From the NCBI RefSeq assembly GCF_009914755.1, contig NC_060931.1: a stretch of 64,000 nucleotides of DNA; one strand, given 5' to 3'. The notes below the pieces were generated by a model. The model was not told the DNA's origin. It worked only from the letters and a program-made list of their open reading frames with translations, and ran no database searches. How positions within the stretch are numbered: position 1 is the first letter of the stretch; each line of letters opens with the position of its first letter. The DNA comes from the human T2T-CHM13v2.0 reference genome, Homo sapiens. Made by a program: the position numbers and the translations under genes. This document shows, one piece after another, positions 1-14,900 of the stretch.

Positions 1-1844
1 ATTCCTATCCATTGCATTCCATTCCATTCCATTCAACACCATTCCCTTTCATGCCTTTCCATTGCATTCCAATCCTGTTGATTCCCTTCCATTCCATTCC
101 ACTCGATTCCATTCCAATTCATTGCCTTCCATTCCATCCCATTCCAGTCCACTCGGGTTGATTCCATTCCATTCCACTCCATTCCATTCCATTCCATTCC
201 TTTCCATTCCACTCGGGTTGATTTCACTCCATTCCATTCCTTTCCATTCCATTCCATTCCATTACACTACATTATATTCCATTGCATTCCATTCCATTCC
301 ATTCCATTCCATATCATTCGGGTTGATTAAATTCCTTTCCATTCCATTCCATGCCATTCCATTCCATTCCATTCCATTCCATTCCATTCCATTCCATTTC
401 ATTCTTTTCGGGTTGATTCCATTCCATTCTATTCCATTCCATTCCACTCGGGTGGATTCCATTCCTTTCCAATCCATTCCATTAAATTCCATTCCATTCC
501 ATTCCTTTCCATTCGGGTTGATTCTATTCCATTCCATTCCATTCCATTGAATTCCATACCATTCCTTTCCACTAGGGTTGATTCCATTCCATTCCATCCC
601 ATTCCATTCCATTCCAATCCATAACATTCCATTCCATTCCATTCCGTTTCAATCCATTCCATTCCATTCCATTGCATTCCAATCCAGTTATTTCCATTCC
701 ATTCCATTCCACTCCATTCCATTCCATTCCAATAGTGCTGATTCCATTCCATTCCATTCCATTCCAATAGTGCTGATTCCATTAAATTCCATTCCTTCGC
801 ATTCCATTCCTTTCCATTCCACTCAGGTGATTCCATTTCATTAAATTCCATTCCATTCCATTCCATTCCATTCTACTCGTGTTGATTCCACTCCTTTCCA
901 TTCCATTCTATTCCATTCCAATCCACTCGGGTTGATTACTTTCATTTCCATTCCATTCCATGCCATTTCATTCCAATCCATTCCATTCCTTTATGTTCAT
1001 TTCTATTCCATTCCATTCCACTCGGGTTGATTCCATTCCAATCTGTCCCATTCCATTCCATTCCTTTCCACTCGTTTTTTTTCCGTTCCATTCCATTCCA
1101 TTCCATTCCATTCCATTGCATTCGGGTTTATTCCATCCCCTTCCATTGCATTCCATTCAATTCCATTCCATTCCTTTCATTTCCACTTCGGTTGTTTCGA
1201 TTCCATTAAATTCCATTACATTCCATTCCTTTCCACTAGGGTTGATTCTATTAACTTCCATTCCATTCCATTAAATTCCATACCATTCCTTTCCAGCAGG
1301 GTTGATTCCATTCCATTCCATTCCATTCCATTCCATTCCATTCCTTTCCAGTCCATTCCATTCCATTTCATTGCATTCCTCTCCAGTTTTTTCCATTCCA
1401 TTCCATTCCACTCCATTCCATTCCATTCCAATAGTGCTGATTCCATTCCATTCCATTCCTTCCCATTCCATTCCTTTCCATTCCACTCAGGTGATTCCAT
1501 TCCATTAAATTCCATTCCACTGCATTCCATTCCATTCCATTCCACTCGTGTTGATTCCATTCCTTTCCATTCCAATCTATTCCATTCCATTGCATTCCAT
1601 TCCATTCCATTCCGACCCGTTCTGTTCCATTCCATTCCATTCTATTCCATTCCATTCCACTCGGGGTGAATCCATTTCACTCCATTTCATTCCATTGCAT
1701 TCCATTGCATTCAATTCCATTCCATTTCACTGGGGTTGATTCCATTCCTTTCCATTCCATTCTATTCCATTCCATTCAACTCGGGTGGATTCCATTGAAT
1801 TCCTTTGGATTCCATTCCATTCCATTCCATTCCATTCTATTCCA

Positions 1845-4320
1845 TTCCATTCATAGCCATTCCACTCGGTTTTATACCATTCCATTCCATTCCATTCCAT
1901 TCCATTCCATTACATTCGATTCCATTCCATTCCATTCCCCTCTGGTTGATTCCGTTCCTTTCCATTGCATTTCATTCCATTCCATTCCTTTCCACTCGGG
2001 TTGATTCCTTTTCATTCCATTCCATTGCATTCCGTTTGCTTCCATTCCATTCCACTACATTACATTACATTCCACTCTTGTTGATTCCATACCTTTGCAT
2101 TCCATTACATTCCATTCCATTGAATTCCATTCCACAGGGGTTGATTCCATTCCATCACTTTCCATTAAATTACATTTCATTCCATTACACTCGGGTTGAT
2201 TCCATTCCATTCCATTACATTCCTATCCATTGCATTCCATTCCATTCCATTCAACACCATTCCCTTTCATGCCATTCCATTGCATTCCTTTCCTGTTGAT
2301 TCCCTTCCATTCCATTCCACTCGATTCCATTCCATTCCATTACTTTCCACTCCATCTCATTCCAGTCCACTCTGGTTGATTCCATTCCATTCCACTCTAT
2401 TCCATTCCATTCCTTTCCATTCCAGTCGGGTTGATTTCACTCCATTCCATTCCATTCCATTCCATTCCATTCCATTCCATTCCATTATATTCCATTCCAT
2501 TCCATTCCATTCCATTCCATTCCATGTCATTCGGGTTGATTCAATTCCTTTCCATTCCATTCCATGCCATTCCATTCCATTCCATTCGTTACTTTCCATT
2601 CCATTCCATTCCATTCCATTCCATTCCATTCTTTTCGGGTTGATTCCATTCTATTCCGTCCCATTCCATTCCATTCTATTCCATTCCATTCCACTCGGGT
2701 GGATTCCATTCCTTTCCAATCCATTCCATTCCATTCCATTCCATTCTTTTCCACTCGCTTTGTTTTCATTCCACTCCTTTCCACTCGCTTTGTTTTCATT
2801 CCACTCCTTTCCATTCCATTCCATTCCATTCCATTCTAATAGGGTTGATTCCATCCCATTCCATTCCTTCCCATTCCATTCCATTCCATTCCTGTCGGGT
2901 GATTCCATTCTATTAAATTCCATTGCATTCCATTCCATTGCATTCCACTCGCGTTGATTCCATTCCTTTCCATTCCATTCTATTCCATTCCATTCCATTC
3001 CATTCCGTTCCGTTCCATTCCATTCTGTTCCATTCCGTTCCATTCCATTCCATTCTATTCCATTACATTCCACTCGGGGTGATTCCATTTCACTCCATTC
3101 CATTCCTTTGCATTCCGTTGCAATCAATTCCATTCTATTCCACTTGGGTTGATTCCATTCCTTTCCATTGCATTACATTCCATTCCGTTCTGTTCCATTC
3201 CATTCCATTCCATTTCGTTCCGTTCCGTTCCAATCCATTCCATTCCATTCCATTCCCCTCGGGTTGATTCCATTCAATTCCTTTGCATTCCATTCCATTC
3301 CATTCCCTTCCATTCCATTCCATTCCATTCCCCACGGGTTGATTTCATTCCATTCCATTCCATTCCATTCCATTCCATTCCATTCATAGCCATTCCACTC
3401 GGTTTTATACCATTCCATTCCATTCAATTCCATTCCATACCATTCCATTCCATTACATTACATTCCATTCCATTCCCCTCTGGTTGATTCCGTTCCTTTC
3501 CATTGCATTCCATTCCATTCCATTCCTTTCCACTCGGGTTGATTCTTTTTCATTCCATTCCATTGCATTCCGTTTGCTTCCATTCCATTCCATTACAATA
3601 CATTACATTCCACTCTTGTTGACTCCATGCCGTTGCATTCTATTCCATTCCATTCCATTGCATTCCATTCCACAGGGGTTGATTCCATTCCATCCCTTTC
3701 CATTAAATTACATTTCATTCCATTACACTCGGGTTGATTCCATTCCATTCCATTACATTCCTATCCATTGCAATCCATTCCATTCCATTCAACACCATTC
3801 CCTTTCATGCCATTCCATTGCATTCCTTTCCTGTTGATTCCCTTCCATTCCATTCCACTCGATTCCATTCCATTCCATTACCTTCCACTCCATCTCATTC
3901 CAGTCCACTCTGGTTGATTCCATTCCATTCCACTCTATTCCATTCCATTCCTTTCCATTCCAGTCGGGTTGATTTCACTCCACTCCATTCCATTACTTTC
4001 CATTCCATTCCATTCCATTCCATTCCATTCCATTCCATTACATTACATTATATTGCATTGCATTCCATTCCATTCCATTCCATATCATTCGTGTTGATTC
4101 AATTCCTTTCCATTCCATTCAATGCCATTCCATTCCATTCCATTCGTAACTTTCCATTCCATTCCATTCCATTCCATTCCATTCCATTCCATTCCATTCC
4201 ATTCCATTCTTTTCGGGTTGATTCCATTCCATTCCGTCCCATTCCATTCCATTCTATTCCATTCCATTCCACTCGGGTGGATTCCATTCCTTTCCAATCC
4301 ATTCCATTCCATTCCATTTC
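1845..4320. repeat. Direct duplication, offset ~1.53-1.58 kb (1845-2745 vs 3380-4320); a third partial copy at 1-480
   Basis: Landmark catagccattccactcggttttatacc at 1852 and 3385. Landmark attcctatccattgca.tcc...tcaacaccattccctttcatgcc at 1, 2219 and 3757. Confidence 0.85.
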
Positions 4321-7300
4321 ATTCCATTCCATTCCATTCCATTCCATTCTATTCCATTCCATTCCACTCAGGTTGATTCTGTTCCATTCCATTCCATTAC
4401 ATACCATTGCACTTGGATTGATTCCATTCCATTCCACTCCATTCCATTCCATTCCATTACATTCCTTCCCACTCGCGTTGTTTTCATTCCACTCCATTCC
4501 ATTCCATTCCATTCCATTCCATTAGATTCAGTTCCATTCCATTCCATTCCACTCCATTCCATTCCATTCCATTCCATTCCTTCCCACTCGCGTTGTTTTC
4601 ATTCCACTCCATTCCATTCCATTCCATTCCATTCCATTCCATTCCATTCCATTCCATTCCATTCCATTCCATTCGATTCAGTTCCATTCCATTCCATTCC
4701 AGACAACTCCATTCCTTTCCATTTCATTCCACTCGGGCTGATTCTATTAAATTCCATTCCATTCCATTAAATTCCATTCCGTTCCATTCCACTCGGGTTG
4801 AATCCATACCATTCCACTCTATTCCTTTGCATTCCATTCCATTCCATTCCATTCCAATCCATTCCATTCCACTCTATTGCATTCTATTCCAGTTGTTTCC
4901 ATTCCATTCCATTCCACTCCGTTCCATTCCATTCCATTCTAATAGGGTTGATTCCATCCCTTTCCATTCCTTCCCTTTCCATTCCATTCCATTCCAGTCG
5001 GGTGATTCCATTCTATTAAATTCCATTCCATTCCATTCCATTGCATTCCACTCGCGTTGATTCCATTCCTTTCCATTCCATTCTATTCCATTCTATTCCA
5101 TTCTGTTCCATTCCATTCTGTTCCATTCCGTTCCGTTCCATTCCATTCTATTCCATTACATTCCACACGGGGTGATTCCATTTCACTCTATTCCATTCCT
5201 TTGCATTCCGTTGCAATCAATTCCATTCTATTCCACTGTGGTTGATTCCATTCCTTTCCATTGCATTACATTCCATTCCGTTCTGTTCCAGTCCATTCCA
5301 TTCCATTCTGTTCGGTTCCGTTCCAATCCATTCCATTCCATTCCATTCCCCTCGGGTTGATTCCCTTCAATTCCTTTGCATTCCATTCCATTCCGTTCCC
5401 TTCCATTCCATTCCATTCCATTCCCCACGGGTTGATTTCATTCCATTCCATTCCATTCCATTCCATTCCCTTTCACTTGTGTTGTTTCCATTCCATTCCA
5501 TTACATTATATTCTGTTGCATTCCATTCCATTCCATTCCATATCATGCTGGTTGATTTAATTCCTTTCCGTTAAATTCTATGCCATTCCATTCCATTCCA
5601 TTCCAATCCGTTACTTTCCGTTCCATTCCATTCCATTCCATTCCATTCCTTTCCATTCCATTCTATTAGGGTTGATTCCATTGCATTCCATTCCATTCCA
5701 TTCCATTCCATTCTATTCCATTCCTTTCCACTCGGGTGGATTCCATTCCTTTCCATTCCATTCCATTCCATTCTATTCCATTCCATTCTGTTCCATTGCA
5801 TTCCACTCGGGATGATTCCGTTCCATTCCATTTCATTACATACCACTGCAATAGGGTTGATTCCATTCCATTCCATTCCATTCCATTCCATTCCATTCAA
5901 TTCCACTCGGGTTGTTTTCATTCCATTCCATTCCATTCAATTCCATTCCATTAGATTCCATTCCATTCCATTCAACTCCATTCCTTTCAATTCCATTCCA
6001 TTACACTCGGGCTGATTCTCTTAAATTCCATTCCATTCCATTAAATTACATTCCATTCCGTTCCACTAGGGTTGAATCCTTTCCATTCCATTCCATTCCA
6101 TTCCATTAGATTCCAATCCATACCATTCCATTCCATTGCATTCCATTCCAGTTGTTTCCATTCCGTTCCATTCCAATCCATTCCATTCCATTCCATTCCA
6201 ATATGGTTGATTCCATTCCATTCCGTCCCATTCCATTCCATTCTATTCCATTCCATTCCACTCGGGTGGATTCCATTCCTTTCCAATCCATTCCATTCCA
6301 TTCCATTCCATTCCATTCCATTCCATTCCATTCCATTACATTCTATTCCATTCCATTCCACTCAGGTTGATTCTGTTCCATTCTATTCCATTACATACCA
6401 TTGCACTTGGATTGATTCCATTCCATTCCACTCCATTCCATTCCATTCCATTCCATTCCTTCCCACTCGCGTTGTTTTCATTCCACTCCATTCCATTCCA
6501 TTCCATTCCATTCCATTAGATTCAGTTCCATTCTATTCCATTCCACTCCATTCCATTCCATTCCATTCCATTCCATTCCTTCCCACTCGCGTTGTTTTCA
6601 TTCCACTCCATTCCATTCCATTCCATTCCATTCCATTCCATTCCATTCCATTCCATTCCATTCCATTAGATTCAGTTCCATTCCATTCCATTCCAGACAA
6701 CTCCATTCCTTTCCATTTCATTCCACTCGGGCTGATTCTATTAAATTCCATTCCATTCCATTAAATTCCATTCCGTTCCATTCCACTCGGGTTGAATCCA
6801 TACCATTCCACTCTATTCCTTTGCATTCCATTCCATTCCATTCCATTCCAATCCATTCCATTCCACTCCATTGCATTCTATTCCAGTTGTTTCCATTCCA
6901 TTCCATTCCACTCCATTCCTTTCCATTCCATTCTAATAGGGTTGATTCCATCCCTTTCCATTCCTTCCCATTCCATTCCATTCCATTCCATTCCAGTCGG
7001 GTGATTCCATTCTATTAAATTCCATTCCATTCCATTCCATTGCATTCCACTCACGTTGATTCCATTCCTTTCCATTCCATTCTCTTCCAATCCATTCCAT
7101 TCCGTTCCATTCCATTCTGTTCCATTCCGTTCCGTTCCATTCCATTCTATTCCATTACATTCCACACGGGGTGATTCCATTTCACTCTATTCCATTCCTT
7201 TGCATTCCGTTGCAATCAATTCCATTCTATTCCACTGTGGTTGATTCCATTCCTTTCCATTGCATTACATTCCATTCCGTTCTGTTCCAGTCCATTCCAT

Positions 7301-8215
7301 TCCATTCCGTTCGGTTCCGTTCCAATCCATTCCATTCCATTCCATTCCCCTCGGGTTGATTCCCTTCAATTCCTTTGCATTCCATTCCATTCCGTTCCCT
7401 TCCATTCCATTCCATTCCATTCCCCACGGGTTGATTTCATTCCATTCCATTCCATTCCATTCCATTCCCTTTCACTTGTGTTGTTTCCATTCCATTCCAT
7501 TACATTATATTCTATTGCATTCCATTCCATTCCATTCCATATCATGCTGGTTGATTTAATTCCTTTCCGTTAAATTCCATGCCATTCCATTCCATTCCAT
7601 TCCAATCCGTTACTTTCCGTTCCATTCCATTCCATTCCATTCCATTCCTTTCCATTCCATTCTATTAGGGTTGATTCCATTGCATTCCATTCCATTCCAT
7701 TCCATTCCATTCCATTCTATTCCATTCCTTTCCACTCGGGTGGATTCCATTCCTTTCCATTCCATTCCATTCCATTCTATTCCATTCCATTCTGTTCCAT
7801 TGCATTCCACTCGGGATGATTCCGTTCCATTCCATTTCATTACATACCACTGCAATAGGGTTGATTCCATTCCATTCCATTCCATTCCATTCCATTCCAT
7901 TCCATTCCATTCCACTCGGGTTGTTTTCATTCCATTCCATTCCATTCAATTCCATTCCATTAGATTCCATTCCATTCCATTCAACTCCATTCCATTCAAT
8001 TCCATTCCATTACACTCGGGCTGATTCTCTTAAATTCCATTCCATTCCATTAAATTACATTCCATTCCGTTCCACTAGGGTTGAATCCTTTCCATTCCAT
8101 TCCATTCCATTCCATTAGATTCCAATCCATACCATTCCATTCCATTGCATTCCATTCCAGTTGTTTCCATTCCGTTCCATTCCAATCCATTCCATTCCAT
8201 TCCATTCCAATATGG
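4216..8215. repeat. Tandem duplication, period ~2.0 kb
   Basis: ctcaggttgattctgttcc...cataccattgcacttggattg at 4367 and 6361. gttgcaatcaattcc at 5210 and 7209. Near-identical ORF pairs at 5172/7171 and 5242/7241. Confidence 0.88.
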
Positions 8216-11135
8216 TTGATTCCATTCCATTCCATTCCTTCCCATTCCATTCCATTCCATTCCACTCAGGTGATTCCATTCCATTAAGTTACATTCCATT
8301 CCATGCCATTGCAGTCCACTCAGGTTGATTCCATTTCCTTCCATTCCATTCTATACCATTATATTCCATTCCGTTCCATTCCATTCCGTTCCGTTCCGTT
8401 CCATTCCATTTCTTTTTATTCCATTCCATTCCACTCGGGGTTATTCCATTTCACTCCATTCCATTCCATTGCATTCCATTGCATTAAATTCCATTCCATT
8501 CCACTGGGATTGATTCCATTCCATTCCATTCCATTCCATTCCATTCCATTCCACTCCACTTGGGTGGATTCCTTTCAATTCCATACCATTGCATTCGGTT
8601 TGCTTCCATTCCATTGATTTCCATTGCATTCCATTCCATTCGATTACATTCCATTCCACTGGGAATGATTCCATTACATTGCATTCCATTCCATTCCATT
8701 CCATTGCATTCCATTCCAATCGGGTTGATTCCATTCCATTCCATTTCATTGCAATCCATTGCAGTCCATTCCATACCATTCCACATCATTCCCTTTCATT
8801 CCATTCCTTTGCATTCCATTCCTGTAGATTCCCTTCCATTCCGTTCCACTCCATTCCATTCCATTACATTCCATTGCATTCCATTCCATCCCATTCCATT
8901 CCACTCGGGTTGATTCCATTCCATTCCATACCATTCCATTCCATTCCATTCCATTCCATTCCATTCCATTCCATTCCGCTCGGTTTGATTTCACTCCACT
9001 CCATTCCATTCCTTTCCATTCCATTCCATTCCATTCCATTCCATTCCATTCCATTCCATTCCATTCCACTCGGGTTGATTCCATTCCATTCCATTCCAGT
9101 CGGGTGATTCCATTCTATTAAATTCCATTCCATTCCATTCCATTGCATTCCACTCACGTTGATTCCATTCCTTTCCATTCCATTCTATTCCAATCCATTC
9201 CATTCCGTTCCATTCCATTCTGTTCCATTCCGTTCCGTTCCATTCCATTCTATTCCATTACATTCCACACGGGGTGATTCCATTTCACTCTATTCCATTC
9301 CTTTGCATTCCGTTGCAATCAATTCCATTCTATTCCACTGTGGTTGATTCCATTCCTTTCCATTGCATTACATTCCATTCCGTTCTGTTCCAGTCCATTC
9401 CATTCCATTCCGTTCGGTTCCGTTCCAATCCATTCCATTCCATTCCATTCCCCTCGGGTTGATTCCCTTCAATTCCTTTGCATTCCATTCCATTCCGTTC
9501 CCTTCCATTCCATTCCATTCCATTCCCCACGGGTTGATTTCATTCCATTCCATTCCATTCCATTCCATTCCCTTTCACTTGTGTTTTTTCCATTCCATTC
9601 CATTACATTATATTCTATTGCATTCCATTCCATTCCATTCCATATCATGCTGGTTGATTTAATTCCTTTCCGTTAAATTCCATGCCATTCCATTCCATTC
9701 CATTCCAATCCGTTACTTTCCGTTCCATTCCATTCCATTCCATTCCATTCCTTTCCATTCCATTCTATTAGGGTTGATTCCATTGCATTCCATTCCATTC
9801 CATTCCATTCCATTCTATTCCATTCCTTTCCACTCGGGTGGATTCCATTCCTTTCCATTCCATTCCATTCCATTCTATTCCATTCCATTCTGTTCCATTG
9901 CATTCCACTCGGGATGATTCCGTTCCATTCCATTTCATTACATACCACTGCAATAGGGTTGATTCCATTCCATTCCATTCCATTCCATTCCATTCCATTC
10001 CATTCCATTCCACTCGGGTTGTTTTCATTCCATTCCATTCCATTCAATTCCATTCCATTAGATTCCATTCCATTCCATTCAACTCCATTCCATTCAATTC
10101 CATTCCATTACACTCGGGCTGATTCTCTTAAATTCCATTCCATTCCATTAAATTACATTCCATTCCGTTCCACTAGGGTTGAATCCTTTCCATTCCATTC
10201 CATTCCATTCCATTAGATTCCAATCCATACCATTCCATTCCATTGCATTCCATTCCAGTTGTTTCCGTTCCGTTCCATTCCAATCCATTCCATTCCATTC
10301 CATTCCAATATGGTTGATTCCATTCCATTCCATTCCTTCCCATTCCATTCCATTCCATTCCACTCAGGTGATTCCATTCCATTAAGTTACATTCCATTCC
10401 ATGCCATTGCAGTCCACTCAGGTTGATTCCATTTCCTTCCATTCCATTCTATACCATTATATTCCATTCCGTTCCATTCCATTCCGTTCCGTTCCGTTCC
10501 ATTCCATTTCTTTTTATTCCATTCCATTCCACTCGGGGTTATTCCATTTCACTGCATTCCATTCCATTGCATTCCATTGCATTAAATTCCATTCCATTCC
10601 ACTGGGATTGATTCCATTCCATTCCATTCCATTCCATTCCATTCCACTCCACTTGGGTGGATTCCTTTCAATTCCATACCATTGCATTCGGTTTGCTTCC
10701 ATTCCATTGATTTCCATTGCATTCCATTCCATTCGATTACATTCCATTCCACTGGGAATGATTCCATTACATTGCATTCCATTCCATTCCATTCCATTGC
10801 ATTCCATTCCAATCGGGTTGATTCCATTCCATTCCATTTCATTGCAATCCATTGCAGTCCATTCCATACCATTCCACATCATTCCCTTTCATTCCATTCC
10901 TTTGCATTCCATTCCTGTAGATTCCCTTCCATTCCGTTTCACTCCATTCCATTCCATTACATTCCATTGCATTCCATTCCATCCCATTCCATTCCACTCG
11001 GGTTGATTCCATTCCATTCCATACCATTCCATTCCATTCCATTCCATTCCATTCCATTCCATTCCATTCCATTCCATTCCGCTCGGTTTGATTTCACTCC
11101 ACTCCATTCCATTCCTTTCCATTCCATTCCATTCC
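6985..11135. repeat. Near-perfect tandem duplication, period ~2.1 kb
   Basis: cagtcgggtgattccattctattaaa at 6994 and 9097. attaagttacattcc at 8283 and 10381. gctcggtttgatttcactcc at 8978 and 11081. Confidence 0.9.
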
Positions 11136-11950
11136 ATTCTATTCCATTGCATTCCCCACAGGTTGATTCCATTCCATTCCATTCCATTCCATTCCATTCC
11201 ATTCCATTCCTTTCCACTCGGCTTGAATCCACTCTATTCCATTCCATTCCATTCCATTCCTTCCATTCCATTCCAATCCATTCCACTCGCGTTTATTCAC
11301 TTCCATTCCATTTTATTCCATACCATTTCATTAAATTCCACTCTGGTGGATTCCATTCCATTCCATTCTGTTCCACTCCATTCCATTCCACTCGTGTTGT
11401 TTCCGTTCCATACCATTCCATTTCATTGCATTCCATTCCATTCCATTCCATTCCATTCCATTCCATTACACTCGGGTTCATTCCATTCCATTCCATTCCA
11501 TATCATTCAATTCTCTTCCACTGAATTCAACACAATTCCATTCCATTCCATTCCATTCCATTCCACACGGGTTGATTCCATTCCACTCAATTCCATTCCA
11601 TTCCATTCGGATTGATTCCATTCAATTTGATTCCAATCCATTCCGTTCCATTCGGGTTGATTCCATTCCATTCCATTGCATTCCATTCCAACACATTCCA
11701 TTCCATTCCTTTATATTACATTACATTCCTTACCTCTAGTTTTGACTCCGATCCATTCCGTTCAATTCCATTCCTTACATTACATTACCTTGCATTCCAT
11801 TCCATTCAATTCCATTCCAGGTGATTCCACACCATTCCATTCCATCATATTCCATTCCATTCCATTCAATTCCATTCGGAGTGATTCCTTTCCATACCAT
11901 TCCATTCTATTCCAATCCATTCGATTCCATTCCATTCTGAATGATTTCAT

Positions 11951-11979
11951 TCCATTCCATTCCAATGGAATGGAATGGA
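11951..11979. other. Inversion junction J1 (C-to-G switch); 14-bp perfect inverted arms, 1-nt spacer
   Basis: tccattccattcca-A(11965)-tggaatggaatgga. Confidence 0.95.
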
Positions 11980-14900
11980 CTCAACCTGAGTGTAAAGGAA
12001 TGGAAAGGAATTGAATCAACCCGAGAGGAATATTATGGAATGGATTGGAATTAAATGGAATGGAAAGGAATGGAATGCAATGGAATCAATCCGTGGGGAA
12101 TGGAGTGGAATGGAATGGAATGGAATGGAACTAAAAGGAATGGAATGGAATGGGATGGAACGGAATAAAATGGAATAAACCCGTGTGGAATGGAATGGAA
12201 TGGAATCAAACCGAGTGGAATGGAATGAAATGGAATAGAATGGAATGGAATGGAATCAACACGAATGGAGTGAAATGCAATGGAATGGAATGGAATGGAA
12301 CCGAATGGAATGGAGTGGAACCGAACAGAATGAAATGTAATTGAATAGAAGGAAATGGAGTGGAATGGAATCAACACGAATGGAATGGAATGGAACGCGA
12401 TGGAAAGGAAGGGAATGGAATGGAATCAACCCGAGTTGAATGGAATGGAATGGAATGGAACGGAATGGAATGGAATCGAATAGAAGGAAATGGAATGGAA
12501 TGGTATAAACATGAATTGAATGGAATGGAATGGGATGGAAAGCAATGGAATGGAATGGAATCGACCAGAGTGGAATGGGATGGAATGGAATGGAATGGAA
12601 CGGAATGGAATGGAATAGAATAGTAGGAAAAGGAATGGAATTGAAATAGCATGAATGGAATTGAATGGAATGAAATGGGAAGGAAAGGAATGGAATGGAA
12701 TCAACCTGAGGGGAATTGAATGGATGGAATGGAATGGAATGCAATGGAATGGAATTAAATGTTATTCAATCAACCATAATGGAATGTAAGGGAATGGAAT
12801 CGAATGCAATTGAATCAATCCGAATGGAATGGAATGGAATGGTATGGAATGGAATCAACACGAGTGGAATGCAATACAATGGAATAGAATGGAGTGGAAT
12901 GCAATGGAATGGAATCAAACGGATTGGAATTGAAAGGAAGGGAATGGAATTAAATGGAATGGAATGGAATGGAATGGAAAGAAATCAACTCGACTGGAAT
13001 AGAATTGAAGGGAATGGAGTGAAATGGAATGCAATGGAATGGAATGGAATGGAATGGAATGGAATGGAATGGATTGGAGTGGAACGGAATGAAATGGAAT
13101 GAAATGGAATCAACCTTAGTCTAATGAAACGGAAAGAATAGAATGAAATTGAGTCGAATGGAATGGAATCAACAAGAATGGAATAAAATGGAATGGAATG
13201 AATAGAATTGAATGGAATGCAATGATCACAAATGGAATGGAATGGAATGGAATGGAATGGAATGGAATGGAATGCAATCAACCCGAACGGAATGGAATGG
13301 AATGGAATCAACCCGAGTGGAGTTGAACGGATTTAAATGGAATGGAATAAAACGAAATGGAATGGAATCAACACGAGTGGAAAAGAATGCAATGGAATGG
13401 AATGCAATGGAATGGAATGGAATGCAATGGAAAGGAATCAACGCGAGAGGAATGCAATGGAATGGAATGGAATGCAGAGGAATGGATTTGAATGGAATGG
13501 AATGGAATGGAATGGAATGGAATGGCATGGAATGGAATGACATGGAATGGAATGGGATGGAATGAAATGGAATGGAATAAAATTGAATAGAAAGGAATCA
13601 ACCCGAGTGGAATTCAATGGAATGGAATGGAATGGAGAGGAATGGAATGCAATGGAATGGATTGGAATGGAACGGAATCAACCCAAATGGAATGAAATGG
13701 AATGGAATGGAATGGAATGGCAGGGAATGGAATGGAATGGAGTCAGCCCGAGTGGAATGGAATGGAAACGAATGGAATGGAATGCTATGGAATGGAATGG
13801 AATGGAATAAAATGGATTGGAAAGGAATCAACACGAGTGGAATTCAATGGAATGGAATGGAGTGGAATTGAATGGAATGGAAATTAATGGGAAAGAATTG
13901 TATGGAAAGGAATAAAATGGAATCAACCCGAGTGGAAAGGAATGGAATGGAATGGAATAAAATTGAATGCAATTGAAAGGAATGGAATGGCATGGAATCA
14001 ACCGGAATGGAATGGAATGAAATGGAATGGAATCAAATGAATGGAATTTAAAGGAATGTAATCGAATGGAATTGAATCAATCCGAATGGAGTGGAATGTC
14101 ATGGAATGGAATGGAATCGAATGGAATGCAATCAATTAAAATGGAGTGGAAAGGAATGGAATGTCATGGAATGGAATGTAATGGTATGGAATGGAATCAA
14201 CCAGAGTGGAATGGAATGGAATGGATTGGAATGGAATGGAATGGAATGGAATGCAATAGAATGGAATAGAATGGAAAAGAATGGAGTACAATGGAATGGA
14301 ATTGATTGGAATGAAATGGAATCAACCAGAATGGAACAGAATGTATTTTAATCAAATGGAACATAATCAACCTGAATGGAATGGAATGGAATTGAATCGA
14401 ATGGAATGGAATCAACCAGAGTGGAATGCAATGGAATGGAATGGAATTGAGTTGAATGGAATGGAATGGAATGGAATGGACTCAACCCGAGTGGAATGGA
14501 ATGGAATGGACTGGAATGGAATTGAATGGAATGGAATGGAATGAAATGAACCCGAATGGGATGGAAAGGAAAGGAATTGAAGGGAAAGGAATGGAATGAA
14601 CCCAAGTGGAATGGAATGGAATGGAATGTAAAGGATAGGAATGGAATCATATGGAAAGGAATGGAATCAAATTTAATCAACCCGCCTAGAATGGAATTGA
14701 ATGGAATGCAATAGAATAGAAGAGAAGAGAATGGAGTCAACACGAATCTAATGGAATGGAAAGGAAAGGAACAGAATTTAATAGAATGGTTTGGAATGGA
14801 ATGGATTCAACACGAATGGAATGCAATCAAATGGAATGGAAAGGAATCGAATCGTGTGGAATGGAATGGAATGGAATAAAAGGGAATGGAATTCAATCAA

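Larger units (their letters stand above)
1..11964 (-). repeat. HSat3 block 1: C-rich (CATTC) on +, G-rich strand is minus; decamer-containing
   Basis: The + strand reads ATTCC repeats with ACTCGGGTTG decamers (e.g. 151-160, 211-220). The block ends at ...ttccattcca (11964). Confidence 0.95.

Noticed and set aside
2746-2815. 30-bp tandem (ccactcgctttgttttcattccactccttt)x2 and similar micro-duplications (35 bp at 731/766, 70 bp at 58401/58471)
   Set aside because: These are real but ordinary in-register slippage products with no further signal.
11700-11800. AT-rich degenerate patch before J1 as a possible promoter or foreign sequence
   Set aside because: It still follows the pentamer register and is best read as diverged satellite.
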